Origin: Fidelibacterota bacterium
GTDB lineage: Bacteria > Fidelibacterota > UBA8477 > JABMPR01
Length of the DNA stretch: 64,000 nt
Assembly (NCBI GenBank): GCA_021734325.1
Contig: JAIPJF010000001.1
Coordinates: forward strand, 88,232-152,231
Direction: 5' to 3'
Part shown: in pieces, positions 46,905 to 56,712 of the stretch
How positions within the stretch are numbered: the stretch's first letter is position 1
Layout: every line of letters begins with the position of its first letter
Made by a program: the position numbers and the translations under genes
Notes under the pieces: generated by a model
Database searches by the model: none
What the model saw: the letters and a program-made list of their open reading frames with translations, nothing else
What the model was told of the DNA's origin: nothing

Positions 46905-47372
46905 TTAAGGCATCTCAAACTTTACATCGGGATGGCGTACGGTGAGGACTGGGCATGGTGCCTTTCGAACAACTTTCTCAGTTGTAGATCCATAGAGTGC
47001 ATGACTTAATCCGCTTAAACCGTGGGTCGCCATGACGATGAGATCCATCTCCTGCTCCTTTGCGAATGTGATGATCTCGCGCCAGGATTTACCATTTAGT
47101 TGTGTCGCTTCTGCCTCAATTCCCGGGGGAATGTGATCCTTTAGGATCTTTGCCATGGATTCTTCGACAAACCCACCCAATTGTTTTTCAATATCGGGGT
47201 AACTATACGTGCCCCAGGCAAAATCCACAGGTACTACAATTGGTTCAACGACATGTATGATAAAAAGTTTTGAGTGATACTTCTGCGCCAGATCTATGGC
47301 AAAAGGTAAGGCAAACTTGGCTGATTCCGAAAAATCCGTTGGGACCAGGATCCGGGTAAACTGCATGTGCAA
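46905..47372 (-). CDS. Universal stress protein (UspA family)
   Basis: 155 aa. ILVPTDFSE...DLIVMATHG.SG....GSTTEKVVRKAPCPVLTV. Confidence 0.9.
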   Translation of the reverse strand: MHMQFTRILVPTDFSESAKFALPFAIDLAQKYHSKLFIIHVVEPIVVPVDFAWGTYSYPDIEKQLGGFVEESMAKILKDHIPPGIEAEATQLNGKSWREIITFAKEQEMDLIVMATHGLSGLSHALYGSTTEKVVRKAPCPVLTVRHPDVKFEMP

Positions 47373-47541
47373 CCTCCTTTATGTTTATCTAATAAAGCGG
47401 AACGCAGCTGTCATTCAAGATAAGTCCCTTTGAACACTGTCGCTTTAGCCAGGCCTCCCGCTTTAACGATTCCTCCTCGTACTTGATATCCTGATAAAAC
47501 TATACTCTGTATCTTCCAATTACCAGACTAAATAGCGTTAT

Positions 47542-48975
47542 CTAATTTTTTAGATCTCTCCCGAGTTCAAGACCCTTTTGAAACGCTTTCAGGTTAATCT
47601 CCAGCAGGTGTTTCTTCTTAAAAATGATCGGCAGTACACGTTGGACAACATCTGGATCCAGAAAGTCCGTGAAGCCGGCGAGGACGCCCAAGACCACTAC
47701 ATTTGATATCTTTGTGTTCCCCAGTTCTTTCGCTATCTGTGTCGAGGGTATTGGGATATTTCGAATATCACTGCGTTTAGGTGCAACATCGATCAATGAA
47801 TTATCCCAGATAATTGCTCCCCCCTCAATGACATCATCTTCAAATTTTTCAAGTGAAGGTCGATTCATTGCAATCAGTATGGTAGGCTGGGTTACCAGCG
47901 GTGATCCAATATTACTCCTTGATAATTTTACATGGCAGTTCGCCGTTCCCCCGCGCATTTCAGGTCCATAGGAAGGAATCCAGCTGACCTTTAAATCCTC
48001 TCGCATCCCAATCTCACTTAGCCAGACACCCAGTGACAAAACACCCTGTCCGCCAAACCCGGCAATCTTGATCTCCTGGTCTATTTCCTCTCCTAATTTC
48101 ATTTTAGAAGTATCTAATTCTAATCTATCCTGTACCAGCCCAAGAAACCTTGGTACTCTTTCAAGTGAAGCCAGGTTCTTGGCTAAATTTAGGGGTTCAA
48201 CTTGCTCTGCAATATCTTTATAGACACCTAAGGGGAAATTTTTCACCAAGGTAGATTTAATCCACTCCTCAGCTTGAGGCGCCGTCATTTTCCACCCGGT
48301 TGGGCAAGTGGAGAGTACCTCGATAAAAGAAAAGCCTTTTTTCTCGATCTGATTTTTAATTCCTTTGCGAACCGCTTTCCGGGCTGCATTGATCGATCTC
48401 GTATCTGCCAGCATCACCCGCTCGACATATACTGGTGATTCGAGACTGGCTATGATCTCGGCCATTTTTATGGGAAAGCCTTCATTGGCCACTGTTCGAC
48501 CATAAGGTGTGGTCGTCGTTTTTTGTCCAATAAGAGTGGTTGGCGCCATTTGCCCACCTGTCATGCCATATATGGCATTATTGACAAAAAAGACCGTCAG
48601 GGCTTCTCCCCTGTTCGCTGCATGGAGAATCTCATTGCCTCCGATAGCAGCCAGATCACCATCTCCCTGATAGGAGATAACAATTGATTCCGGTAAGGAG
48701 CGCTTGATGCCCGTTGCAACGGCTGGAGCCCGTCCATGAGCAGCCTGAAAATTCCCTGCATTAAAATAGTAATATGCAAATACACTACAGCCAACAGGAC
48801 TCACAAATACCGTTTTTTCCGCGACCTGGTAATCGTTCAAAGCCTCACCAATAAGTTTATGTAGTATTCCATGCCCACAACCTGGACAATAGTGAGTCTG
48901 CTTTTTATTTGTGCCAGGCCGTCGCTCGTAAACATCATAAAATGAGTCAGACTTGCCTAATATTTTAACGCTCAT
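47542..48975 (-). CDS. 2-oxoacid:ferredoxin oxidoreductase, fused beta (TPP-binding) and gamma subunits
   Basis: The N-terminus has HYCPGCGHG and GDGD (TPP). The C-terminal ~190 aa has IAGFGGQGV...SYGPEMRGG, the gamma signature. Confidence 0.85.
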   Translation of the reverse strand: MSVKILGKSDSFYDVYERRPGTNKKQTHYCPGCGHGILHKLIGEALNDYQVAEKTVFVSPVGCSVFAYYYFNAGNFQAAHGRAPAVATGIKRSLPESIVISYQGDGDLAAIGGNEILHAANRGEALTVFFVNNAIYGMTGGQMAPTTLIGQKTTTTPYGRTVANEGFPIKMAEIIASLESPVYVERVMLADTRSINAARKAVRKGIKNQIEKKGFSFIEVLSTCPTGWKMTAPQAEEWIKSTLVKNFPLGVYKDIAEQVEPLNLAKNLASLERVPRFLGLVQDRLELDTSKMKLGEEIDQEIKIAGFGGQGVLSLGVWLSEIGMREDLKVSWIPSYGPEMRGGTANCHVKLSRSNIGSPLVTQPTILIAMNRPSLEKFEDDVIEGGAIIWDNSLIDVAPKRSDIRNIPIPSTQIAKELGNTKISNVVVLGVLAGFTDFLDPDVVQRVLPIIFKKKHLLEINLKAFQKGLELGRDLKN

Positions 48976-50030
48976 AGTACCCTCATCATTCTTTTGATCT
49001 CGTGAACCAACTCATCTATGGAAGGCACATTCCCACCCATTCTGCCATAAAATTCAACTGGCTTCGCGCCATTTACTGCCAACCGAACATCATCAACCAT
49101 CTGGCCATTACTCAATTCGATAACGCTGAAGGCCTTAATTGAGTTATGACCTGCCAACTCAGCCAACTGTTTTCGAGGGAAGGGTGATACTGTGATTGGT
49201 CTGAACATCCCAACTTTGACCCCCTCCTCCCGCAACTGGTCGACTGCAGTATGAATCATGCGGGACACGATGCCATAACCAACAACCACAAATTCTGCAT
49301 CGTCCAGACGATATTTTTCAAATCGTGTCTCTGCATTTTCAATTATTTCATATTTCCGCTGGAGCTTTTTATTGTGACGCTCAAGATCGTCCGGATCCAA
49401 TTCAATCGAACTGATCAGATTCAATCGATCTTTATCGATCCCTCGAACTGCCCAGTTTTTTTCTGCAAACTCAGATACAGGTTCAGGGAAATCCACCGGT
49501 TCCATCATTTGCCCAATAAAGCCGTCTGCCAGAACAACCGCAGGATTACGGTATCGGTCAGCCAGCTCAAAAGCCAGCATGGTCAGGTCACACATTTCCT
49601 GAGCTGAGTTGGGGACTAAAACTATGTTTTTATAATTTCCATGCCCACCCCCCTTGACCACCTGATTATAATCACCTTGTTCAGGAGCTATATTTCCGAG
49701 ACCGGGCCCACCGCGCATGACATCCACAACAACACAGGGTAACTCAGCCCCAGCCAGATATGACATGCCTTCCTGCTTCAAACTGAAGCCAGGACTAGAA
49801 CTTGCGGTCATAGCCCGTATACCTGTCCCTGCGGCCCCATAAACCATATTGATCGCTGCTATTTCACTCTCTGCCTGCAGGAAAGTCCCTCCGACCAGTG
49901 GCATATATTGTGCTGCGGCGTGTGCTATTTCACTTGCAGGTGTAATCGGGTAACCATAATAAGCCCGACACCCAGCCAGGATGGCTCCTTTGACAATCGC
50001 TTCATTTCCTTTTACAAATTGTTTGGCCAT
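48972..50030 (-). CDS. 2-oxoacid:ferredoxin oxidoreductase, alpha subunit
   Basis: [30 protein letters not shown] pattern. 4-nt overlap with the beta/gamma gene. Confidence 0.9.
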   Translation of the reverse strand: MAKQFVKGNEAIVKGAILAGCRAYYGYPITPASEIAHAAAQYMPLVGGTFLQAESEIAAINMVYGAAGTGIRAMTASSSPGFSLKQEGMSYLAGAELPCVVVDVMRGGPGLGNIAPEQGDYNQVVKGGGHGNYKNIVLVPNSAQEMCDLTMLAFELADRYRNPAVVLADGFIGQMMEPVDFPEPVSEFAEKNWAVRGIDKDRLNLISSIELDPDDLERHNKKLQRKYEIIENAETRFEKYRLDDAEFVVVGYGIVSRMIHTAVDQLREEGVKVGMFRPITVSPFPRKQLAELAGHNSIKAFSVIELSNGQMVDDVRLAVNGAKPVEFYGRMGGNVPSIDELVHEIKRMMRVL

Positions 50031-50033
50031 GAT

Positions 50034-50402
50034 CTACTCCGCAAAACTAAGATTACTGATGTTGCTTAAAATCACCTGTTCACCGCATGCCTCACACTTC
50101 GCGATACCCTTGATCGGGTCAACCAGGCTTAGGCTGCTAATCACCTTTTTATTCTGACAGATATAGGCAACCTGAGCCTCAGCCCAGTTCTTATAGACAG
50201 TTACTGCACCTGGCTCCGGACACGCATAATAGCAGACGCCGCAGCCTGTACATCCATCGCCCTCATATTCAGCTGGGGAATAGCCATGCGTATTAAAGCT
50301 TTCTGCGAGGTGCAAAACATCAACCGGACAGGCAGTTACGCACAACTTGCAGCCTTTACATTCCTCAACATTTATTGCTACAAAACCACGAGCATTTGTC
50401 AT
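50034..50402 (-). CDS. 2-oxoacid:ferredoxin oxidoreductase delta subunit (2x[4Fe-4S] ferredoxin) with a Cys-containing C-terminal tail
   Basis: [12 protein letters not shown] and [12 protein letters not shown], plus a C-terminal C...CEAC segment. Confidence 0.85.
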   Translation of the reverse strand: MTNARGFVAINVEECKGCKLCVTACPVDVLHLAESFNTHGYSPAEYEGDGCTGCGVCYYACPEPGAVTVYKNWAEAQVAYICQNKKVISSLSLVDPIKGIAKCEACGEQVILSNISNLSFAE

Positions 50403-50442
50403 ATTCAGAACCTCCTCAGGTTTTTTATCGTCACAATTACCC

Positions 50443-51741
50443 TTAAACTAACACTTTGCTCTCATGCGCCTGGCGATCGAGCGATTCCCTGAAATCAGGA
50501 TGGGCGATCTCGATTAATGCTTTCGCGCGATCTCTTAATGTTTTACCATGCAGATAGGCAATTCCAAACTCGGTCACAACATAATGGACGTCACCACGAC
50601 TGGTAGTGACAGCAGCTCCCGGCTTTAAATCAAGAACAATGCGGGATTGTGTCCCCTGCTTTGCCGTCGATGGCATGGCTATAATTGGGACACCTCCCGG
50701 GCTTCGGGAAGCACCTCTCATAAAATCAACCTGACCCCCAATTCCTGAAAAATTACGTCTTCCCATGGAATCCGAGCAGACCTGCCCGGTGATATCAATC
50801 TCGATGGAGGAGTTAATTGCCACCATTTTATTATTCTGGGCAATGACAAACGGGTCGTTCACATAATCAGTCGGATGGAACTCCATAAAGGGGTTCTCAT
50901 GAATAAAATCGTAAACGTGCTGTGATCCCATCACAATGCTCGAGACCACCTTGCCCGGATGAAGAGTTTTAGCCTCACCATTTATGATACCCGCCTCAAC
51001 TAGTTCAACGACACCATCACTGAACATCTCTGTATGTATACCCAAATTTCGCTTATCCTTCAAATAGTGAAGGGTGGCATCCGGAATGGCTCCAATTCCC
51101 ATTTGCAGAGTGGATCCGTCATCGATCATACTGGCTATATATTTTCCAATTTGCATGTGTGTGTCTGTCAATTCGACCTTGGGTGCCTGAAACAGGGGGG
51201 TATCTGTTTCAACGATATAATCCAGCTTGGACACATGAATAAAATTATCCCCATGAACCCGGGGCATACGCTCATTGACAAGAGCAATAATTATTTTGGC
51301 CGCCTTGCAGGCAGCAATGGTTATATCTGTACTCACACCGTAGCTGCAAAAACCATGTAGATCAGGGGGGCTTATGTGGATCATAGCTACATCCACAGGA
51401 ATATGCCCCATTTTAAACAGGCCTGGTATCTCAGAGAGGAATATGGGTGTCCAGTCCGCACGTCCCGAATTCACAGCTTCCCTCGCATTCGTTCCCGTGA
51501 AAAGGGAGTTCAGTCTTACATGACCCTCCATTTCAGGGTTGAGATATTTTGCATCACCGATAGAGAGTATATGGATGACACTTACCCCTTCCAGGTCTTT
51601 GACCCTTTCTGTGAAAGCATCAATCAGGATCTGAGGTGTTGCCGCACCAGCATGCAAATAGACTGAATCTCTTGATTTAATGAGATTCATTGCCTCCTCA
51701 GCTGTCCCGGTACGGGAGTGATAATGATCTGTCCAGGTCAC
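50443..51741 (-). CDS. Acetyl-CoA hydrolase/transferase family CoA-transferase (4-hydroxybutyrate/acetate:succinate type)
   Basis: 432 aa, GTG start overlapping the ald stop (GTGA). Family-wide similarity ([20 protein letters not shown]). Confidence 0.8.
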   Translation of the reverse strand: MTWTDHYHSRTGTAEEAMNLIKSRDSVYLHAGAATPQILIDAFTERVKDLEGVSVIHILSIGDAKYLNPEMEGHVRLNSLFTGTNAREAVNSGRADWTPIFLSEIPGLFKMGHIPVDVAMIHISPPDLHGFCSYGVSTDITIAACKAAKIIIALVNERMPRVHGDNFIHVSKLDYIVETDTPLFQAPKVELTDTHMQIGKYIASMIDDGSTLQMGIGAIPDATLHYLKDKRNLGIHTEMFSDGVVELVEAGIINGEAKTLHPGKVVSSIVMGSQHVYDFIHENPFMEFHPTDYVNDPFVIAQNNKMVAINSSIEIDITGQVCSDSMGRRNFSGIGGQVDFMRGASRSPGGVPIIAMPSTAKQGTQSRIVLDLKPGAAVTTSRGDVHYVVTEFGIAYLHGKTLRDRAKALIEIAHPDFRESLDRQAHESKVLV

Positions 51742-52835
51742 TTTATTTTTATCCCAAACATGCGATTTAAAACAGGCTGCATATTCCGACCTTTAAGGGT
51801 GTACAAGCCTTTTTTAAGGACATGAGAATCCTTGATCGCTTTTTCGATGCCGTGTTCTGCTATCTCTTTTAGATATTTCGAAAGCACATTGCTTAAAGCG
51901 ATTGAGGTGGTTCTGCTGATCCCGGATGTAATGTTTGGTACACAGTAATGGATCACCCCTTCATCAATATAGATCGGGTCTGATAAATGGGTCGGACGAG
52001 TGGTCTCACTGGTACCCCCTTCGTCAACGGAAAAATCAATAAAAATCGACTGCTTTTTCATTCCCTTGATCATCGCTCTGGTGATCAACTGCGGTGTCAG
52101 GGCACCCCTCCGAAGAATCGCGCTTATCACGACATCGGCAAATCCCAATGTCTTTTCGATTGTTGTCTGATTCGCGTAAATCGTGGTCACACGATTACCG
52201 AGCAATCGTTCAATTTTCCTTAGCTGGGCAATATCATTATCCAGAACGTGAACCTGGGCACCAAGTCCAACAAACGCTTTGGCTGCGCTTGTCCCAACAG
52301 TACCAGCTCCCAGAATGACGACAGAGGCCGGGGCTACACCGGGTACACTTCCCAGCAGGACTCCTCTACCTTTTGGGTCCAGACCAAGGTAGTTGCCAGC
52401 AATAATGGGGGCTGTCTGACCGGCCAATTCACTCATAATGGTCAGAATGGGTCTGGTTCCATCTTCCTCTTCCATGATTTCCATACCCACAAGCGTGATC
52501 TTTTTTTCAATTAAACCGGCAAATACCTGGGGTGAACTCACTGACAAATGTTGGAATGTCAATACGGTCTGCCCTTCGACCATGTTCTCAAGAGCCTCGT
52601 GGTCGAGAGGTAAAACCTTTAGCAAAATATCTGACCGTCGGTAAACTTCTTCAGCATCGAAGACAATGTGGGCTCCTTTATCAAGATACTGTTGATCGGG
52701 AAAACCACTGGCGACACCCGCTCCCGATTGTACAATCACATCTTGGCCACGTTTTATGAGGGAATGAGCCCCATTCGGTGTTAGACATACCCTTTTCTCA
52801 TTGAGGTTTGTTTCATGGAGAATACCAAAGTTCAT
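51738..52835 (-). CDS. ald: Alanine dehydrogenase family protein
   Basis: 365 aa. It aligns along its length with Ald (E.N.NEKRV.LTP.G...., GVPGV....V.ILGAGTVGTSAAK, HYCVPN). Confidence 0.8.
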   Translation of the reverse strand: MNFGILHETNLNEKRVCLTPNGAHSLIKRGQDVIVQSGAGVASGFPDQQYLDKGAHIVFDAEEVYRRSDILLKVLPLDHEALENMVEGQTVLTFQHLSVSSPQVFAGLIEKKITLVGMEIMEEEDGTRPILTIMSELAGQTAPIIAGNYLGLDPKGRGVLLGSVPGVAPASVVILGAGTVGTSAAKAFVGLGAQVHVLDNDIAQLRKIERLLGNRVTTIYANQTTIEKTLGFADVVISAILRRGALTPQLITRAMIKGMKKQSIFIDFSVDEGGTSETTRPTHLSDPIYIDEGVIHYCVPNITSGISRTTSIALSNVLSKYLKEIAEHGIEKAIKDSHVLKKGLYTLKGRNMQPVLNRMFGIKIK

Positions 52836-52882
52836 AATTGGCTCCCGAATTGTATCGATTTATTTCTCACTACCTATTTAGA

Positions 52883-52897
52883 ACAAACAGCGTGCCA
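52883..52897 (-). promoter_or_regulatory. -24/-12-like element upstream of the ald operon (TGGCAC-N5-TTGT)
   Basis: The minus strand reads TGGCACGCTGTTTGT, ending about 48 nt upstream of the ald ATG. The 10-bp palindrome TATGCGCATA (52903-52912) lies just upstream. Confidence 0.35.
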
Positions 52898-53037
52898 GAA
52901 TATATGCGCATAAATTTTATGTTTGAGATAGCAATCTAGTATTATCGCCCCTCTGCTTCCAGATAATTTCTCGATGTTAGATCTGATCTTCTTCAATTCA
53001 CCATTTTTAATCGGATGATTCGCATTATTTTAAAAGC

Positions 53038-56016
53038 ATGTTCGACAATGTACTACCCCTAAAACAAAAGCCTGGATTCAGAGATATGATGCAGCATAGG
53101 GTGCATGAGATCCTCTTGATCTCAAGTCTTTATGATGCATTCAAGCTTGAGGAAGACGGCCGGCTGGGCGAGATGATCTTTACTGAATATCAGGGAATGA
53201 ACCTCTCCAGTGCCCCTCGCATAACCAGAGTTTCCACAGGTGACCATGCGCTGAGGAAGCTCCGGGCTCACCATTATGATCTTGTAATTACGATGACAAG
53301 AATTTCTGATATGGATCCCTTTCAACTTGGTCGAAAGATCAAGAAGAAATATCCTGCAATTCCTGTCATCATGCTGGCCTCCAATCTCAGAGAATACAAA
53401 TGGGCCATACAGCGAGTAGATCATACAGAGGGCGTTGACCGTGCATTCATATGGCATGGTGATTCAAGCATCTTTACCGCTATTGTGAAATACATTGAAG
53501 ATGCCATGAATGCTCCCAGGGATATCCTTAAAGGTGGAGCGAGAGCAATTATCGTTGTTGAAGATTCCCCCAAGTTTTATTCAATATTCCTGCCCATGCT
53601 TTATAGCATCATTATCAAAACGACGCACAAACTGATGAAGCACGAATATAATGATGAATTACGTCTGTTCAGGATGAGGTCTAGACCGAAGATATTGTTG
53701 GCCTCGACCTTTGAGGAGGCGATAGAACTTTACAAGAACTACCAGCATTCCCTGCTGGCAGTAATATCTGATGTACGGTTTCCAAAAGGTGGTAAATTAG
53801 ATCCAAGGGCTGGGGAAAAATTTATCCGGATACTCCTGAAAAAGAATCCCAGCACACCGATCATCATGCAATCCATGGAAAGTGAGAATGTAAAGGTCGC
53901 CCATAAACTGGGTGCATATTTCCTGGATAAGAACTCGCCCTCCCTGATCCAGAGTCTAGAGGATTTTGTAATGCGGCACTGTGGGTTCGGTGATCTCGAT
54001 TTTAGCACCCAGGATGGGAAGACAATCGCAAAAGTAAGACATTTGAATGTGCTGACTGCCGCCCTCTCAACTGTACCAATACAGAGTATTGAATACCACG
54101 CCCGTCGTGACCATTTTTCAAATTGGCTGGCGGTACGAGGCCATTTTGATCTTGCCGATTATTTAAAGCCCTTGAATATCGAAGATTTTGAAGACCCTGA
54201 GGAATTCCGAAATATTCTTATCAAAGCAGTTACTCAACAGGTGGAACATCCCCAATTTGACAAGGTTGGCTATTTTAATCCGGATACCTATGATCCAGCA
54301 CTGAAAGCTGTAAGAATTGGCGGTGGATCTATCGGAGGAAAAGCAAGAGGATTAGCCTTCCTTGCCGCCCATTTAAGACGCTTTGATTTCAACCAGGAGT
54401 ACTCACAAATAAAGGTCGATGTACCGCAATTTCTAGTCATCGCTACCGATGTATATGATCGCTTTCTGAAAGTCAATAATTTGAGAGTCAAGGCGCTGGC
54501 AGCTAAAACGAATGAAGAGGTGGACGCTCTTTTCAAATCAGCTGTATTCCCGGGTAATTTTATGGAGCAGCTGCACACCTACCTTGGGCATCAAACTGTC
54601 CCACTTGCCGTACGATCATCAAGTTTGCTCGAGGACTCCCTCTTTCAACCATTTGCAGGCATTTACAGCACATTTATGTTGCCCAACTGCGCCCCCACCA
54701 TTGAAGCCCGGGTGGTTCATTTGCTCGAGGCATTGAAGCTTGTCTATGCATCCGGTTTTCACAAAGAAGCTATTGCCTATTTGACTTCTACAGGAAATCG
54801 TCATGAAGATGAAAAAATGGCTGTTGTTATCCAGAATTTAAGCGGCCAGAAACACGCTGAATATTTTTATCCCAACTTTTCTGGTGTTATTCAAACCCTG
54901 AATTATTACCCTCAGGGTGCTATGAAAAGAGAGGAAGGAATCGTCACCATGGCCCTCGGCTTGGGTCGTACAGTTGTAAATGGGGAAAAAGCCCTTAAAT
55001 TCAGTCCGCGCAGACCCCTTGTCCTGCCTCAATTCTTTGACGAAAATTCCATCCTCAAGAATAGTCAAACTCATTTCTATGCCTTGGGTATGGAGAATTT
55101 TGATGCCCCGCTTCAGAATGGAGAAAATTCCAATCTTGTTAAATTGGATTTAAAAGACGCTGAAACACAGGGGACCTTAGATCAGATCGCAAGTGTATAT
55201 TCCTTTAGTGATAATCGTTTTCGCGAAAGTCTGTTCGAAGTTGGACCACGAGTGATCACATTTGCTAATATACTAAAATGGAAAACCCTTCCCCTGGCAG
55301 ATCTCCTTAAGGATCTTATGGAATTTGGTCGCCTCGGGATGGGCTGTGAAGTAGAAATGGAGTTTGCCGTCAATCTGGGTAACACTCATGATGATTCGGC
55401 CTCCCTGTCTATTTTGCAGATCAGACCTATGGTTACTTTTGAACGGCCACACCTGGTGGATGTCGTTCCGACAAACAAGGCAGACAGACTTTTTCATAGT
55501 GAAATATGTCTCGGGAATGGAGACAATATCAGCATCCATGATCTGGTATATGTTGATCTCAATAACTTTGATATCATGGACAGCCGTAAGATTGCCCAGG
55601 AAATTGGTGAGATGAATTCAAAATTTTCTCCAGATCATCCCTATCTGCTGGTAGGACCGGGACGTTGGGGAAGCGCTGACCCCCTACTGGGTATTCCCGT
55701 GGGCTGGAACTTTATATCAAACGCACGGTCGATCGTTGAGGTTGGATTACCTGAATTGTATGTTGATCCCTCGTTTGGCAGCCACTTTTTCCAGAATATC
55801 ACCTCCCTTGGAATTAGCTATTTTACGATACCCCCTCTTCTCCTTAATAAACAGATGAACCTCCGATGGATCGAAAAGCAAGAGCCCACCTCCCGGTCTA
55901 AATATATAAAGCACTTTAGTTTTGACGATCCGTTCATCATTCAGGTTGAAGGTCTCAAAGGAGAAGGAAATATCTGGAGACCTGGAAGCTCCATCGTCGA
56001 TACAGTCGATGATTAG
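53038..56016 (+). CDS. Response-regulator-like protein: degenerate receiver + canonical receiver + PPDK_N (PEP/pyruvate-binding ATP-grasp) domain + uncharacterised C-terminal domain
   Basis: REC2 has IIVVEDS, LLAVISDVRFP, IIMQS and FLDKNSP. PPDK_N has IGGGSIGGKARGLAFL, LAVRSSSLLEDS, MAVVIQN and LSILQIRPM. No phosphohistidine swivel motif (TSHAA-like) is seen. The C-terminus reads LLVGPGRWGSADPLLGIPV...DPSFGSHFFQN. Confidence 0.75.
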   Translation: MFDNVLPLKQKPGFRDMMQHRVHEILLISSLYDAFKLEEDGRLGEMIFTEYQGMNLSSAPRITRVSTGDHALRKLRAHHYDLVITMTRISDMDPFQLGRKIKKKYPAIPVIMLASNLREYKWAIQRVDHTEGVDRAFIWHGDSSIFTAIVKYIEDAMNAPRDILKGGARAIIVVEDSPKFYSIFLPMLYSIIIKTTHKLMKHEYNDELRLFRMRSRPKILLASTFEEAIELYKNYQHSLLAVISDVRFPKGGKLDPRAGEKFIRILLKKNPSTPIIMQSMESENVKVAHKLGAYFLDKNSPSLIQSLEDFVMRHCGFGDLDFSTQDGKTIAKVRHLNVLTAALSTVPIQSIEYHARRDHFSNWLAVRGHFDLADYLKPLNIEDFEDPEEFRNILIKAVTQQVEHPQFDKVGYFNPDTYDPALKAVRIGGGSIGGKARGLAFLAAHLRRFDFNQEYSQIKVDVPQFLVIATDVYDRFLKVNNLRVKALAAKTNEEVDALFKSAVFPGNFMEQLHTYLGHQTVPLAVRSSSLLEDSLFQPFAGIYSTFMLPNCAPTIEARVVHLLEALKLVYASGFHKEAIAYLTSTGNRHEDEKMAVVIQNLSGQKHAEYFYPNFSGVIQTLNYYPQGAMKREEGIVTMALGLGRTVVNGEKALKFSPRRPLVLPQFFDENSILKNSQTHFYALGMENFDAPLQNGENSNLVKLDLKDAETQGTLDQIASVYSFSDNRFRESLFEVGPRVITFANILKWKTLPLADLLKDLMEFGRLGMGCEVEMEFAVNLGNTHDDSASLSILQIRPMVTFERPHLVDVVPTNKADRLFHSEICLGNGDNISIHDLVYVDLNNFDIMDSRKIAQEIGEMNSKFSPDHPYLLVGPGRWGSADPLLGIPVGWNFISNARSIVEVGLPELYVDPSFGSHFFQNITSLGISYFTIPPLLLNKQMNLRWIEKQEPTSRSKYIKHFSFDDPFIIQVEGLKGEGNIWRPGSSIVDTVDD

Positions 56017-56097
56017 TAAAATTTTTATTTCTTTATTATGTGAGAATCCTTAATTATAATTTTTAAATATCGAATTCATAAAAGGAGAATCTTTTAA

Positions 56098-56547
56098 ATG
56101 CGAAAACTGTTTTTTATTGCTCTGATTGCATCTGTTGCTGGCACTCTCAATGCTCAAGAGGCAGGTATTGGAATTGGTATTTCCACCAATGGATTGGAGG
56201 GAAAATATTGGATGGGTCAATCTAATGCCCTCTCCATGCATTGGAACCTGGGAACCCAACTGGCTGCCGATTATTTGTTTGACAAACCTGATTTGCTAAA
56301 ACTAACTGATACACCAACACCTGTTTATTATGGTTTTGGTGCCGGACTGGGAACACATAAAGGAGTCAATGATTCCGGTGAAGGGACGACTGAGCTGGAC
56401 TTAAATATTCGTGGGGTTATTGGTATCAGCTACTATATCTCATCCTTTCCGATGGATATTTACATTGAAAGTGTACCTTCCCTTGGTCTTCTCGGGGGTA
56501 CTGGATTGAGCTTTGGAGGCTCCTTCGGTTTTCGCTACTTCTTTTAA
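56098..56547 (+). CDS. Small outer-membrane beta-barrel protein (149 aa)
   Basis: Signal peptide MRKLFFIALIASVAGTLNA. Gly/aromatic-rich strands and a C-terminal FRYFF. Confidence 0.6.
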   Translation: MRKLFFIALIASVAGTLNAQEAGIGIGISTNGLEGKYWMGQSNALSMHWNLGTQLAADYLFDKPDLLKLTDTPTPVYYGFGAGLGTHKGVNDSGEGTTELDLNIRGVIGISYYISSFPMDIYIESVPSLGLLGGTGLSFGGSFGFRYFF

Positions 56548-56570
56548 GGAAAAAAATAAACAGTGTGATG

Positions 56571-56599
56571 AAAGCCCTGTGTTGTGACAGGGCTTTTTT
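56571..56599 (+). terminator. Rho-independent terminator
   Basis: AAAGCCCTGT-GTTGTG-ACAGGGCTTT followed by a T-run. Confidence 0.85.
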
Positions 56600-56712
56600 A
56601 TTGGTAAGCAGCCATTCAAAGATTAGTATTAATGCTGATCTTGGTCCTGTCGTCTTTTATGCGGGATCGCGTACATGGACAGCTAAATTCTATTATTAGT
56701 CGAGGCATATAA

